Position numbers and translations under genes: made by a program. Under the pieces are notes generated by a model. That model had not been told where the DNA came from. It was given only the letters and a program-made list of their open reading frames with translations, and ran no database searches. A stretch of DNA of 64,000 bases, from the IMG/VR virus record IMGVR_UViG_3300027759_000043, one strand, 5' to 3'. The stretch is from a virus (Duplodnaviria; Caudoviricetes). Positions 1 to 8,983 of this stretch are shown here, piece after piece. Numbering within the stretch: the first letter of the stretch is position 1; each line of letters opens with the position of its first letter.

Positions 1-2
1 AT

Positions 3-461
3 ATCAAGCAAACTTTGCCCCACAGTAGTACAATATTTTCAAACGGTTATCCAATAGCAGATTGTAATCTTCCTGCTTGTTATGATTCCTATATTCAGTT
101 GGTAGTAGAGACTACCATAATTGAAAAAATGTTTGTGAGTGAAAAAACTTGGAAGCCAATTGCCTCTGGACAACTTTTTTTAATCTTTGGCAATCCCGGA
201 ACAGTAAGTTATCTCAGAAATCAAGGAGTGGATGTATTTGACGATTTGATAGATCACAGTTACGATCACACACTAGATTGGAAATTGAGACTACATCAAA
301 TACATCAACAATTGGAAATTTTGATTTGTCAAGATCTGCGAAAAATCTATCAAGACACACGCGAGCGACGTGAGATCAACAGGCAAAAATTTCTTTCAGG
401 AGCCTTTGATCAACGTAATCACTATTTAGAACAATGCATCAAGACGTACCTACAAATCTAA
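3..461 (+). CDS. Glycosyltransferase-like protein (GT10-like 'ETxF..EKTxKPI..PF' family), 5'-truncated by window edge
   Basis: Frame open to window start; VVETT..SEKTWKPIASGQLFLIFG..G.DVFDDLIDHSYD motif shared with five paralogs at 45.8-61.7 kb. Confidence 0.55.
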   Translation: MKQTLPHSSTIFSNGYPIADCNLPACYDSYIQLVVETTIIEKMFVSEKTWKPIASGQLFLIFGNPGTVSYLRNQGVDVFDDLIDHSYDHTLDWKLRLHQIHQQLEILICQDLRKIYQDTRERREINRQKFLSGAFDQRNHYLEQCIKTYLQI

Positions 462-502
462 ATTGCTATTAGTTTTTATCTTAAATAAATTATCAATCAA
501 AG

Positions 503-1117
503 ATGATCAAACTAGAAGATTACTCAAATCCTTTCCAAGCAATATTTGACTTTGAAACAGCAGTGGCCAAATTTACTGGCGCACCTTATTGTATCTCTAC
601 AGATTGTTGTACTCATGCAATCGAAATAGCATTTAGACTAAGTGACTATGAAGATTGGGTCACATTCCCTGCGTATACATATCTTAGTGTTCCTATGACC
701 ATGCACAAGTTAAATATTCCGTATCAGTTGACCGACAACAAATGGAAAGACTACTATAAGTTTGAAGGCAGTCGCGTATGGGACTGTGCTCGTTATTTTA
801 AACCGGATATGTATGTGGCAGGAAGCATACAGTGCATTAGTTTTGGACGGAGTAAACCGTTGGAAATTGGCCAAGGTGGATGTATACTAACCGATGATGC
901 TGAAATATATCGCAAGGCCAGCATGATGCGGTACGATGGTCGAGATCTGCGCATCGGCCCATGGATTGAACAAAAAGAATTTCAAGTAGGTTATCATTAT
1001 TACATGCGGCCTGAAGAATGTGTCACTGGACTTAACTTACTGGCAGAAAAAAAATTTACCACGCAACTGGATAAACATTTTGTTTATCCAGATGTTAGCA
1101 GTATATCCATTAAGTAG
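503..1117 (+). CDS. Short DegT/DnrJ/EryC1/StrS-family PLP aminotransferase-like protein
   Basis: FETAVAKFTGAPYCIST, DCAR and SFGRSKPLEIGQGG (PLP lysine) motifs; only 204 aa. Confidence 0.75.
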   Translation: MIKLEDYSNPFQAIFDFETAVAKFTGAPYCISTDCCTHAIEIAFRLSDYEDWVTFPAYTYLSVPMTMHKLNIPYQLTDNKWKDYYKFEGSRVWDCARYFKPDMYVAGSIQCISFGRSKPLEIGQGGCILTDDAEIYRKASMMRYDGRDLRIGPWIEQKEFQVGYHYYMRPEECVTGLNLLAEKKFTTQLDKHFVYPDVSSISIK

Positions 1118-1128
1118 ACTTTGCACGT

Positions 1129-1731
1129 ATGAAAATACTATTATTAGGAGATAGTTTTGGGGCAGATTGGACTGTGAAATATCCAGATCAAGTGGGCTGG
1201 CCTAATTTGCTGTCCAGAGAGTATGAGGTGGATAATCAATGCCAGGCAGGTAGTAGTGAATTCCGAATTCAGACACAATTGGTCAAACATTCATCAGATG
1301 ATGTTACACACTGCATTGTGGTTCATACAAGTCCCTATCGATTGCCAGTGGAACACAATCCACTGCACAAAGACGACTGCTTGCATCATTCTTGCGATTT
1401 TATATATAGTGATGTGGCAGAATCCGATAACTCTCAAGTTAACTGTGTTAAAGAATATTATGAAAAATATTTTTTTGATGAGTTCTTTTTGTACATACAC
1501 AAGTTGATTGTCAGCGATATCAGTCGCACTCTCAAAGAAAAAAATATACCTAGTTTGCACATCACATTCTTTGACAATGGTGATGAGCAGATTGACATCA
1601 ACTATAATAAGTTGTTTGTTAAATCCCCGGGAGTGATAAATCATTTGTCATCTGAGGCAAATAAACAAGTATTTGATGATATAAAAAAATGGATCGACAA
1701 TGTTGATGCTATTTTACCTTTTGTCAAATAA
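1129..1731 (+). CDS. SGNH/GDSL hydrolase-like protein
   Basis: N-terminal LLGDSF, GSSE block, C-terminal NHLS. Confidence 0.6.
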   Translation: MKILLLGDSFGADWTVKYPDQVGWPNLLSREYEVDNQCQAGSSEFRIQTQLVKHSSDDVTHCIVVHTSPYRLPVEHNPLHKDDCLHHSCDFIYSDVAESDNSQVNCVKEYYEKYFFDEFFLYIHKLIVSDISRTLKEKNIPSLHITFFDNGDEQIDINYNKLFVKSPGVINHLSSEANKQVFDDIKKWIDNVDAILPFVK

Positions 1732-1745
1732 GATAAAAATCTTTC

Positions 1746-1774
1746 TTGACAACACAATCTAAATACTATACAAT
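1746..1774 (+). promoter_or_regulatory. sigma70-type promoter of folE with embedded TAAATA
   Basis: TTGACA(1746)-17 nt-TACAAT(1769); TAAATA at 1760. Confidence 0.7.
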
Positions 1775-1812
1775 ACAACAAAGACATCTACGTTTTGTAA
1801 CTTGGAGAAAAA

Positions 1813-2550
1813 ATGACAGAACCAGTAACACTCAACAATGTTGACAACAAAGGCTACGAAGAGGCATACCTAGCAGACGCTATCCGTTGCAAAATGCAAC
1901 GTGATAACAAACGTTTTTGGGCCGGAGACAACATCAGTGATTATGTAAACGAACAAACCAAAACACAACTGATCGACGAAGCAACCAAGGCATTTGAAGG
2001 TGTTTTGGATGCATTGCTAATCGATCGTGAGAATGATCCCAACAGCAAAGGTACAGCACGACGTTTGGCCAAGATGTACTTTAATGAAATAATGGCAGGT
2101 AGATATGAACAGTCACCAAACGCTACGGCTTTCCCAAATGATACAGACGGTGCATACGAAGGCATGTTGGTCGTTCGTTCAGAACTCAAAAGCATGTGCT
2201 CGCACCATCACCAACCTGTGTCGGGTGTGGCTTATATTGGAATCATTGCTGGACCCAAACTTATCGGACTCAGCAAGTATACACGTATCGCTCAGTGGTG
2301 TGCTCGGAGAGGAACCTTACAAGAAGAACTATGCATGGATATTGCTCGAGAGATTGGAACTGCCACTGGGTCATCCGATGTTGCGGTTTATATACAGGCT
2401 ACCCACGGATGTTGTGAGAATCGCGGTATTATGGCACACAGTAGTCTCACGCAAACTACAGTACTCCATGGTGCATTCAAGACCGACCCAAGTGTGAAGA
2501 AAGAATTTTTTGACAACATCAAACTTCAACAAGAGTTTGCACCAAGGTAA
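1813..2550 (+). CDS. folE: GTP cyclohydrolase I (type 1)
   Basis: CSHHHQP, GLSKYTRI, LQEEL, HGCCENRG motifs; SD GGAG. Confidence 0.95.
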   Translation: MTEPVTLNNVDNKGYEEAYLADAIRCKMQRDNKRFWAGDNISDYVNEQTKTQLIDEATKAFEGVLDALLIDRENDPNSKGTARRLAKMYFNEIMAGRYEQSPNATAFPNDTDGAYEGMLVVRSELKSMCSHHHQPVSGVAYIGIIAGPKLIGLSKYTRIAQWCARRGTLQEELCMDIAREIGTATGSSDVAVYIQATHGCCENRGIMAHSSLTQTTVLHGAFKTDPSVKKEFFDNIKLQQEFAPR

Positions 2551-2553
2551 CTT

Positions 2554-2748
2554 GTGTTAGAATTAATTATTGCCGTGACAATAGGGTTTATGTTGGGCTT
2601 GACCTATCGTCAAGAACGCCTAATCCATCAATACTACAAAACACGAGACGAAATAGAACAAGAACTTTTCAAAGAGTTATCGTACTATCGAAATCTCAGT
2701 GAGAGTTTAAAACAAGATTTACACGAACTTAAAACGAGGAAAAAATGA
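2554..2748 (+). CDS. Hypothetical protein with N-terminal hydrophobic segment
   Basis: ORF track; tight packing after folE. Confidence 0.6.
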   Translation: MLELIIAVTIGFMLGLTYRQERLIHQYYKTRDEIEQELFKELSYYRNLSESLKQDLHELKTRKK

Positions 2749-2858
2749 GTTGCATTTCCAATCACGACGGATCTATTCAACTGCCTGTGGAACCAGGGCT
2801 GTTGGAATGGTTACAACAACACTATCCACATTCACAATATCATTTGACTACTATATGA
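2745..2858 (+). CDS. 37-aa hypothetical protein (MSCISNHDGSIQLPVEPGLLEWLQQHYPHSQYHLTTI), below ORF-track cutoff
   Basis: SD GAGGA; ATGA overlaps with both neighbours. Confidence 0.6.
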   Translation: MSCISNHDGSIQLPVEPGLLEWLQQHYPHSQYHLTTI

Positions 2859-3256
2859 AATACCAAACACTAGAATCAGCACAGGCCGCTGGAGCGGCAC
2901 CTTGGGATCTAAAGATAGATGAACTGTCGGACTTTCATGTCACTGTGTTCCGAGATCGCTTCCCAGTCACTAACGGTCATTTGCTGTTTGTGCCCAACTT
3001 CAACACACCTGAAGTGATCAACGAAGCATTTTACAGTGCTCAATTGGCTGGAGAGTCAATGATTAACTTGGGTGAGTGTGATGCCTACAACATTGGTATC
3101 AATCAAGGACCAGCCGCTGGACAAACTGTAATGTATCCACATGTTCATTTGATTCCTCGCAAAACTGGTGACTGCACAGACCCTATTGGTGGTGTGCGTG
3201 GGGTCATTCCTGCACAACAAAACTATAAAACTGGTGGCTACAAACAGCCAGTATAA
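2855..3256 (+). CDS. HIT-family hydrolase
   Basis: FPVTNGHLLFVP and GQTVMYPHVHLIPR; start reassigned to ATG 2855. Confidence 0.85.
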   Translation: MKYQTLESAQAAGAAPWDLKIDELSDFHVTVFRDRFPVTNGHLLFVPNFNTPEVINEAFYSAQLAGESMINLGECDAYNIGINQGPAAGQTVMYPHVHLIPRKTGDCTDPIGGVRGVIPAQQNYKTGGYKQPV

Positions 3257-3325
3257 ATATTTCTTTAAGCGGTATTGACGTCACATACTCTGCCGCCTAG
3301 ACTATAATTGACATATAAGGATAAC
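3254..3325 (+). repeat. Degenerate copy of the queD leader (4025-4105)
   Basis: Shared TAAATATT..AGCGGT..GAC.TCA..ACTCTGC.G.CTA..CTATAATT.ACATA..GGA. Confidence 0.6.
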
Positions 3326-4027
3326 ATGGTAAATCAGTTGCAACTTAATCCATATAACGAAGAAATATGTAGAGAAGTTGTTGAATTTTTTAAAGAGAAA
3401 ATCAAAAACAAATACGGAAAGTTTACAGTAAATGATTTCCGTAAATTTTATAAGTCCGACGATAATGCGCATTCTTGCGAGACTCCCAGGTACTCAGTGG
3501 TATTCGGACTTATTCCGTGTTCATCTTTTTATTATCTAAATAAATTATTAGAAATAGAACCATTGGAAATTGCAGACATCGGGTGTGGTATGAATTTTTT
3601 TAAAGATATAGTTCCCGGAATCACAGGTTTCGATGGACATGGAAAATGGCGTGATGTCAATGACGTATTTGATGATGACTTTATTACCGGACATACAGAT
3701 TTTTTCCAGTGTGCATTTTCTATCGATGCGCTACATTTTGTTCCAATAACAAATTTTTATAAACGAGTGTTAGATTTTGCAAATATTATAAAACCCAGAG
3801 GCAGAGGATATCTTGCGATGAATATGGCTCGGATGGTTGAACAGACAGATAAAAAAATTTTAAAAGAGTTGTTTAATACCGAAGACCCCAATAACAATCA
3901 ACTTTCGGACTATATAAATCAAAAAATTAAAATGTTACCTTTAAATTTTTTAGTTATTGATAATTTAATTACAGAAATATACGATGAACCTATAGATGGA
4001 AATATTAGATTAGTATTTGAAAAATAA
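3326..4027 (+). CDS. Class I SAM-dependent methyltransferase-like protein (AT-rich)
   Basis: IADIGCG motif I, ITGFD, FSIDALHF. Confidence 0.6.
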   Translation: MVNQLQLNPYNEEICREVVEFFKEKIKNKYGKFTVNDFRKFYKSDDNAHSCETPRYSVVFGLIPCSSFYYLNKLLEIEPLEIADIGCGMNFFKDIVPGITGFDGHGKWRDVNDVFDDDFITGHTDFFQCAFSIDALHFVPITNFYKRVLDFANIIKPRGRGYLAMNMARMVEQTDKKILKELFNTEDPNNNQLSDYINQKIKMLPLNFLVIDNLITEIYDEPIDGNIRLVFEK

Positions 4028-4105
4028 ATATTCAGCGGTCTCGGACATCATTCCCGCTTTACAAACTCTGCTGTCTATGCTATAATTTAACATAGGAGAA
4101 ACAGC
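4025..4105 (+). promoter_or_regulatory. queD leader: TAAATA promoter, preQ1-I-like aptamer candidate, SD-sequestering hairpin and nested sigma70 promoter
   Basis: P1 AGCGG/CCGCT; hairpin GCTGTCTATG(4070-79)/CATAG..ACAGC(4091-4105); TTTACA(4058)-17-TATAAT(4081). Confidence 0.5.
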
Positions 4106-4603
4106 ATGACACCCGTAACTTACAAATACACTTCAACCAAAGAATACCACGATGCATTTCCGTGCGCCTACAGACAATGGAGAGCCGACAGCCATTGTAA
4201 TTTGATACACGGCTATTCGTTCTCAATGAAGTTTTACTTTGGTACAAACGACCTAGACGTTCGTAACTGGGCCGCTGATTATGGTGGTCTCAAAGAACTT
4301 AAAAACGTACTAGAAGATCAATTTGATCACACATTGTTGGTTGCTGAAGATGATCCTGAACTGGAACTCTACAAAGAAATGCAACGTCGCAACATTGCCA
4401 AACTAACTATATTACCCCGACTTGGATGCGAAGGTCTTGCTGACCAACTGTACCGGTTTGTTAATGGCGTTTACATTCCTGACTTTTGGGGGCAGGGTGA
4501 AGCAGAGCGACTCTGGTGCTATCGTGTAGAAGTACGCGAAACACAGAGTAATATGGCTTTCCGAGAAGGCCATAGAGAATGGAATGAAGATTTATTTGCA
4601 TGA
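4106..4603 (+). CDS. queD: 6-carboxy-5,6,7,8-tetrahydropterin synthase
   Basis: HCNLIHGYS, DYGGLK, FDHTLL, V.VRET; folE/queE context. Confidence 0.85.
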   Translation: MTPVTYKYTSTKEYHDAFPCAYRQWRADSHCNLIHGYSFSMKFYFGTNDLDVRNWAADYGGLKELKNVLEDQFDHTLLVAEDDPELELYKEMQRRNIAKLTILPRLGCEGLADQLYRFVNGVYIPDFWGQGEAERLWCYRVEVRETQSNMAFREGHREWNEDLFA

Positions 4604-5427
4604 GCACGGATATTTCAATTTTGTTGCCCACACGTGGTAGATCAGACATGCTCATGCGTAGTCTCTCCAGCCTACATGATTTGGCCACTGACTTTTCCAC
4701 AATCGAACTTGTACTAGGTATGGACAATAATGATACCATTGGACTTGAATATCTGTTGCATCATGTCATACCCTGGATTGAAACACATAATATATCACAC
4801 AAGATTGTGATATTTGAGCCCATGGGCTATCACAATCTGCATCGCTATCTAAACGGCCTGGCTGAAAACAGCCAAGGTGGGTGGATGTTCTTCTGGAACG
4901 ATGATGCTGTAATGACGACTCAAGGATGGGATACTTACATACGTGCCAAGATTGGCGAATTTAAATTGTTAAGTGTAATAACACACAACGAACATCCTTA
5001 TTCAATTTTTCCTATCATTCCACGTGCGTGGTTTGAAACACTGGGACACATTAGTCAACACAGCCTCAATGATGCCTGGGTCAGTTGTATTGCCTATGCT
5101 CTGGACATCTTTGAACGCTTGCCCATCTACTGTAATCATGAACGTGCTGACCTCACAGGTACCAACAATGATGCAACTTATCAGCAGAGAATAGTACTTG
5201 AAGGCGATCGGAGTAATCCTCTAGACTTTAACTATCCAAGCGTGGTTGAACTTAGAATGCAAGATGCAGCCAAACTGGCGCAATGGTTGCAGGATGTGAA
5301 GAATCAAGACATGAGTTTCTTTGCAGAGTGTTGCGAAGGCACAAGAGATCCCTGGGTCAAAATGCGGGCTAACGACCCTAATCAACAAGTTATTAGTATG
5401 ACTGTGGACCGATTAAATAAAGCATGA
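4600..5427 (+). CDS. GT-A fold (GT2-like) glycosyltransferase
   Basis: ISILLPTRGR, FFWNDD (DxD-like); paralog of 7360-8199. Confidence 0.7.
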   Translation: MSTDISILLPTRGRSDMLMRSLSSLHDLATDFSTIELVLGMDNNDTIGLEYLLHHVIPWIETHNISHKIVIFEPMGYHNLHRYLNGLAENSQGGWMFFWNDDAVMTTQGWDTYIRAKIGEFKLLSVITHNEHPYSIFPIIPRAWFETLGHISQHSLNDAWVSCIAYALDIFERLPIYCNHERADLTGTNNDATYQQRIVLEGDRSNPLDFNYPSVVELRMQDAAKLAQWLQDVKNQDMSFFAECCEGTRDPWVKMRANDPNQQVISMTVDRLNKA

Positions 5428-7373
5428 CCAAAAGAACTATAAGTTTTGTACAGCCTAACTTTCAACAAGGCCCCAAAGAGTTTAATGCTTATTATTTGCC
5501 CTATTCAGCAGGGGTAATATTGAGTTATGCCATGGGTTTTGAGCACATACGTGCGGCATGGGCTATAGATCAATTGATCTGGCGCAGAGAAGATATTGAA
5601 GAACTTGCACCTCGGTTGGCCAAGAATGACGTTGTGGCATTCAGTACCTATGTGTGGAATCATAGGTACAACTACAAACTGGCTAGACGCATTAAAGAAA
5701 TCAATCCTGCTGTAACGATCATATTTGGTGGACCTGAGCCTGCCATCGAAGATCCCGAATTGTTTAACAAAGAACCTTTCATGGATTTAGTCAGCAAGAT
5801 GGAAGGTGAGATCACATTCAAACGCATACTAGAAGACTTTGATACTGATTTCAGTCACATACCAGGCCTGTTGATCAACACTCCCACAGGCTTGGTCAAC
5901 ACCGGAGACTGTGCTAGAATTGACGATCTAGATCAAATTCCTAGTCCTTATCTTACAGGCATCTTTGATAAAATCATTGAAGAAAATCCTGACGTGATCT
6001 GGAATGCCACACTAGAAACCAATCGCGGATGTCCATATCAGTGTACTTTTTGCGATTGGGGTAGTCTAACTTACAATAAGGTCAAGAAGTTTGAACTTAC
6101 CCGAGTGTTCCATGAAATGGACTGGATCGGTGCCAACTGTGGCTTTGTCACAATCACTGATGCCAACTTTGGTATGTTTGTGGAACGTGACAACATGATT
6201 GTGGACAAACTGATTGAAGTACAGAAACGTTGGGGACGCCTGGCATCATTCTCCATGACCTGGGCCAAGAATCAAAAGAACGAAGTTGTGGACATTGTGA
6301 AGAAGTTGATTGAAGAAAGTCCAAACTTTGGCCAAGGTCTTACTGTTAGTGTACAAAGTATGGATCACGACGTGTTGGAAAACATCAAACGTAGAAATCT
6401 GGATCAACACAAGATTGACGAAATCTTTGCCTTGTGTGATCGCAACAACATTCCTGTGTATACTGAGTTAATTCTAGGCTTGCCCGGAGAAACTGTTCGA
6501 ACTTGGAAAGATGCATTTTGGAAAATCTTCCGTGCCGGCAATCACACAGGCATAAACATTCTCCAAGCACAGTTATTGGAAAATGCCGAAATGAATCTTC
6601 TCCAAAAGCGCATGTGGAAGATTGATTCAGTTCCAGTGTACGATTACATGAGTGGCAGTTACGGTGATGCCGACCTTAACGAATGTGTGGATGTGGTGGT
6701 GAGTACCAAGGACATTCCCAAGGAAGAAATGTTAGACACCTTGGTCTGGAATAGTTTTATTCAGACATTTCATATCAATGGCCTAACCACCTACATTGCT
6801 AGATACCTGGACAAAGCACATGGCATTGAATACAGCCAGTTTTATGATGACTTGTATCAGTGGGTGCAAAAGGACGACTGGTTCCGTGAACAGTTTGCTG
6901 ACACACGCAACTATTTTGCCAACTGGACCCGACAAGGATCCATTGATCATCCTCCTATTGGCAACATTCAAGTGTTTGGATGGAATCTAGTGCATCGTAC
7001 TACTTTGTATATGCAAAAACAAGATCGAGTGGCCTATGTGTTCGATAGTGTTGACAGATTTGTAAAAAGCCATTATAATATTGACAAGGACATATTAGAT
7101 CAACTCATGCAGTTTCAGCGGAACTATGTGATTGACTATCGTGACCTTAAATCTTTGCCGATAAAACAACAGTTTGATTATGATTTCCTTGGCTACATTT
7201 TAGACAACGAACCAATCAAGCAAAAATGTACATACATGTTTGATACTCCAGAAGATCAAGACATGAGCATGGATCGTTTTCTTGAAAACATGTATTTTGC
7301 TAGAAAGAGAAACTTTGGAAAAACAACTATCACCCGAGACAGCATCCACAACGTCGAACTTGCCCGAGCGTGA
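5424..7373 (+). CDS. Cobalamin-binding radical SAM protein (649 aa)
   Basis: N-terminal B12-binding-like block (VAFSTYVWN..IIFGGP), ETNRGCPYQCTFC, ELILGLPGET. Confidence 0.85.
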   Translation: MTKRTISFVQPNFQQGPKEFNAYYLPYSAGVILSYAMGFEHIRAAWAIDQLIWRREDIEELAPRLAKNDVVAFSTYVWNHRYNYKLARRIKEINPAVTIIFGGPEPAIEDPELFNKEPFMDLVSKMEGEITFKRILEDFDTDFSHIPGLLINTPTGLVNTGDCARIDDLDQIPSPYLTGIFDKIIEENPDVIWNATLETNRGCPYQCTFCDWGSLTYNKVKKFELTRVFHEMDWIGANCGFVTITDANFGMFVERDNMIVDKLIEVQKRWGRLASFSMTWAKNQKNEVVDIVKKLIEESPNFGQGLTVSVQSMDHDVLENIKRRNLDQHKIDEIFALCDRNNIPVYTELILGLPGETVRTWKDAFWKIFRAGNHTGINILQAQLLENAEMNLLQKRMWKIDSVPVYDYMSGSYGDADLNECVDVVVSTKDIPKEEMLDTLVWNSFIQTFHINGLTTYIARYLDKAHGIEYSQFYDDLYQWVQKDDWFREQFADTRNYFANWTRQGSIDHPPIGNIQVFGWNLVHRTTLYMQKQDRVAYVFDSVDRFVKSHYNIDKDILDQLMQFQRNYVIDYRDLKSLPIKQQFDYDFLGYILDNEPIKQKCTYMFDTPEDQDMSMDRFLENMYFARKRNFGKTTITRDSIHNVELARA

Positions 7374-8199
7374 CCCCACACTAGATATCAGTATTTTGTT
7401 GCCCGTACGTGGCAGGCCTGAGCCCATGGAAAAGTGTTTACACACACTTATCGATCGAGCAAAAAATCCCGAACGTATTGAAGTGTTAATTGCATTTGAT
7501 GATGATGACACAGACACTATTGAATATTTTGTGGACAATATCACACCCTACTTGGATGATATGGGTGTGCGTTACAGTGCCTTGCAATTCAAACGCCTGG
7601 GATATATCAGGCTTAATGAATATCTAAACGAATTGGCCAAACACAGTCATGGTGCTTGGATGTTCTTCTGGAACGATGATGCTGTGATGACCACGCAGGA
7701 TTGGGATCAAGCGATCATGGACCATGATGATGAATTTGCACTGTTACGGGCAGAAACCAATCATGAACATCCTTATGCAATATTTCCCATTGTGCCACGC
7801 AAGTGGGTTGAAATTACCGGACACTTGAGTCCACATCAAATCAATGATGCTTGGGTAAGTCAAGTGGCTTGGATGCTGGACATTGTTATAACTATACCGG
7901 TCATGATCAATCATGAACGCTATGACCTTACTGGCAAGAACGGCGATGATGTTTACAAAAATCGCCCCATGTTGGAAGGTAACCCATCAAATCCCAAAGA
8001 CTTCAATCACATCACATGGCGCAAGATCAGAATCGACGAGTGCATGAAGTTGGCTCAGCATATTGCGCCACTAGGGCATGACATGAATCATTTCAAGTGG
8101 GGCATCGAAGGTGTTGATGACAAAGGCAATGAATATGACATCTGGTGCAAGATGAATCTCGCAGACCCGCACAAGCGATTAAAACAATGGCGAAACTAA
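7360..8199 (+). CDS. GT-A fold (GT2-like) glycosyltransferase, paralog of 4600-5427
   Basis: DISILLPVRGR, FFWNDDAVMTTQ, NHEHPY, NDAWVS; start uncertain (TTG 7360 vs ATG 7282). Confidence 0.7.
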   Translation: MPERDPTLDISILLPVRGRPEPMEKCLHTLIDRAKNPERIEVLIAFDDDDTDTIEYFVDNITPYLDDMGVRYSALQFKRLGYIRLNEYLNELAKHSHGAWMFFWNDDAVMTTQDWDQAIMDHDDEFALLRAETNHEHPYAIFPIVPRKWVEITGHLSPHQINDAWVSQVAWMLDIVITIPVMINHERYDLTGKNGDDVYKNRPMLEGNPSNPKDFNHITWRKIRIDECMKLAQHIAPLGHDMNHFKWGIEGVDDKGNEYDIWCKMNLADPHKRLKQWRN

Positions 8200-8200
8200 C

Positions 8201-8983
8201 ATGAACAATGATCAACTGATTGACCGCATTAAAAATTACTGGAACACCCAACCCTGTAATGTCAAACACAGCCTAAGTGAACCTGGTACAGAGCAATACT
8301 GGAATGAAATAAGTGAGCGTAGATATTTTGTTGAACCGCACCTTCGCGACTTAGCCAGTTTTCATTTGTGGCGCGGCAAACGTGTGTTAGAAGTAGGTTC
8401 GGGTATTGGATCAGATGCTGTGGAGTTTGTGCGCCATGGTGCTGAGTATGTGGGCATTGATCTCTCAGCAGAATCTGTGGCCATGAGCCGTCAACGTTTT
8501 GACTTGTTTGGACTTGAAGGCGAGTTTCATGTGATGGATGCCGCTGACACCGAGGCTATGGCTGCGTTGGGACAGTTTGATTTGGTATATTCATGTGGTG
8601 TGTTACATCATTATCCGGACATGACCACTTGTCTTGACAACATTCACACAGCACTTGAACCGGATGGTGAGTTCAGAATGTTAGTGTACGCAAAGAATTC
8701 CTGGAAATATGCCATGATCCGAAAAGGTCTGGACCAGTTTGAAGCACAAGCAGGCTGTCCATATGCACAGGCTTACTCAAACGAGGACATATACAATCTC
8801 CTAAATGGCAAATTTGAGGTGCTAAGGATTAGACAATCGCATTGTTTCATGTATAATGTACCTAAGTATAGACAAGGTATCTATGAACTAGAACCTTGGT
8901 TTGCAGCCATGTCGGAAGAAATGCGCGAGGCTGTAAAAGAATATCTAGGTTGGCATTTATTGGTTAAAGCAAAGAAAATATGA
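8201..8983 (+). CDS. Class I SAM-dependent methyltransferase
   Basis: VLEVGSGIG, YVGIDLS, FDLVYSCGVLHH. Confidence 0.85.
   Translation: MNNDQLIDRIKNYWNTQPCNVKHSLSEPGTEQYWNEISERRYFVEPHLRDLASFHLWRGKRVLEVGSGIGSDAVEFVRHGAEYVGIDLSAESVAMSRQRFDLFGLEGEFHVMDAADTEAMAALGQFDLVYSCGVLHHYPDMTTCLDNIHTALEPDGEFRMLVYAKNSWKYAMIRKGLDQFEAQAGCPYAQAYSNEDIYNLLNGKFEVLRIRQSHCFMYNVPKYRQGIYELEPWFAAMSEEMREAVKEYLGWHLLVKAKKI

Noticed and set aside
2750-2854. Long N-terminus for the HIT protein
   Set aside because: The region is better explained by a 37-aa ORF (2745-2858) with SD and ATGA coupling to ATG 2855.
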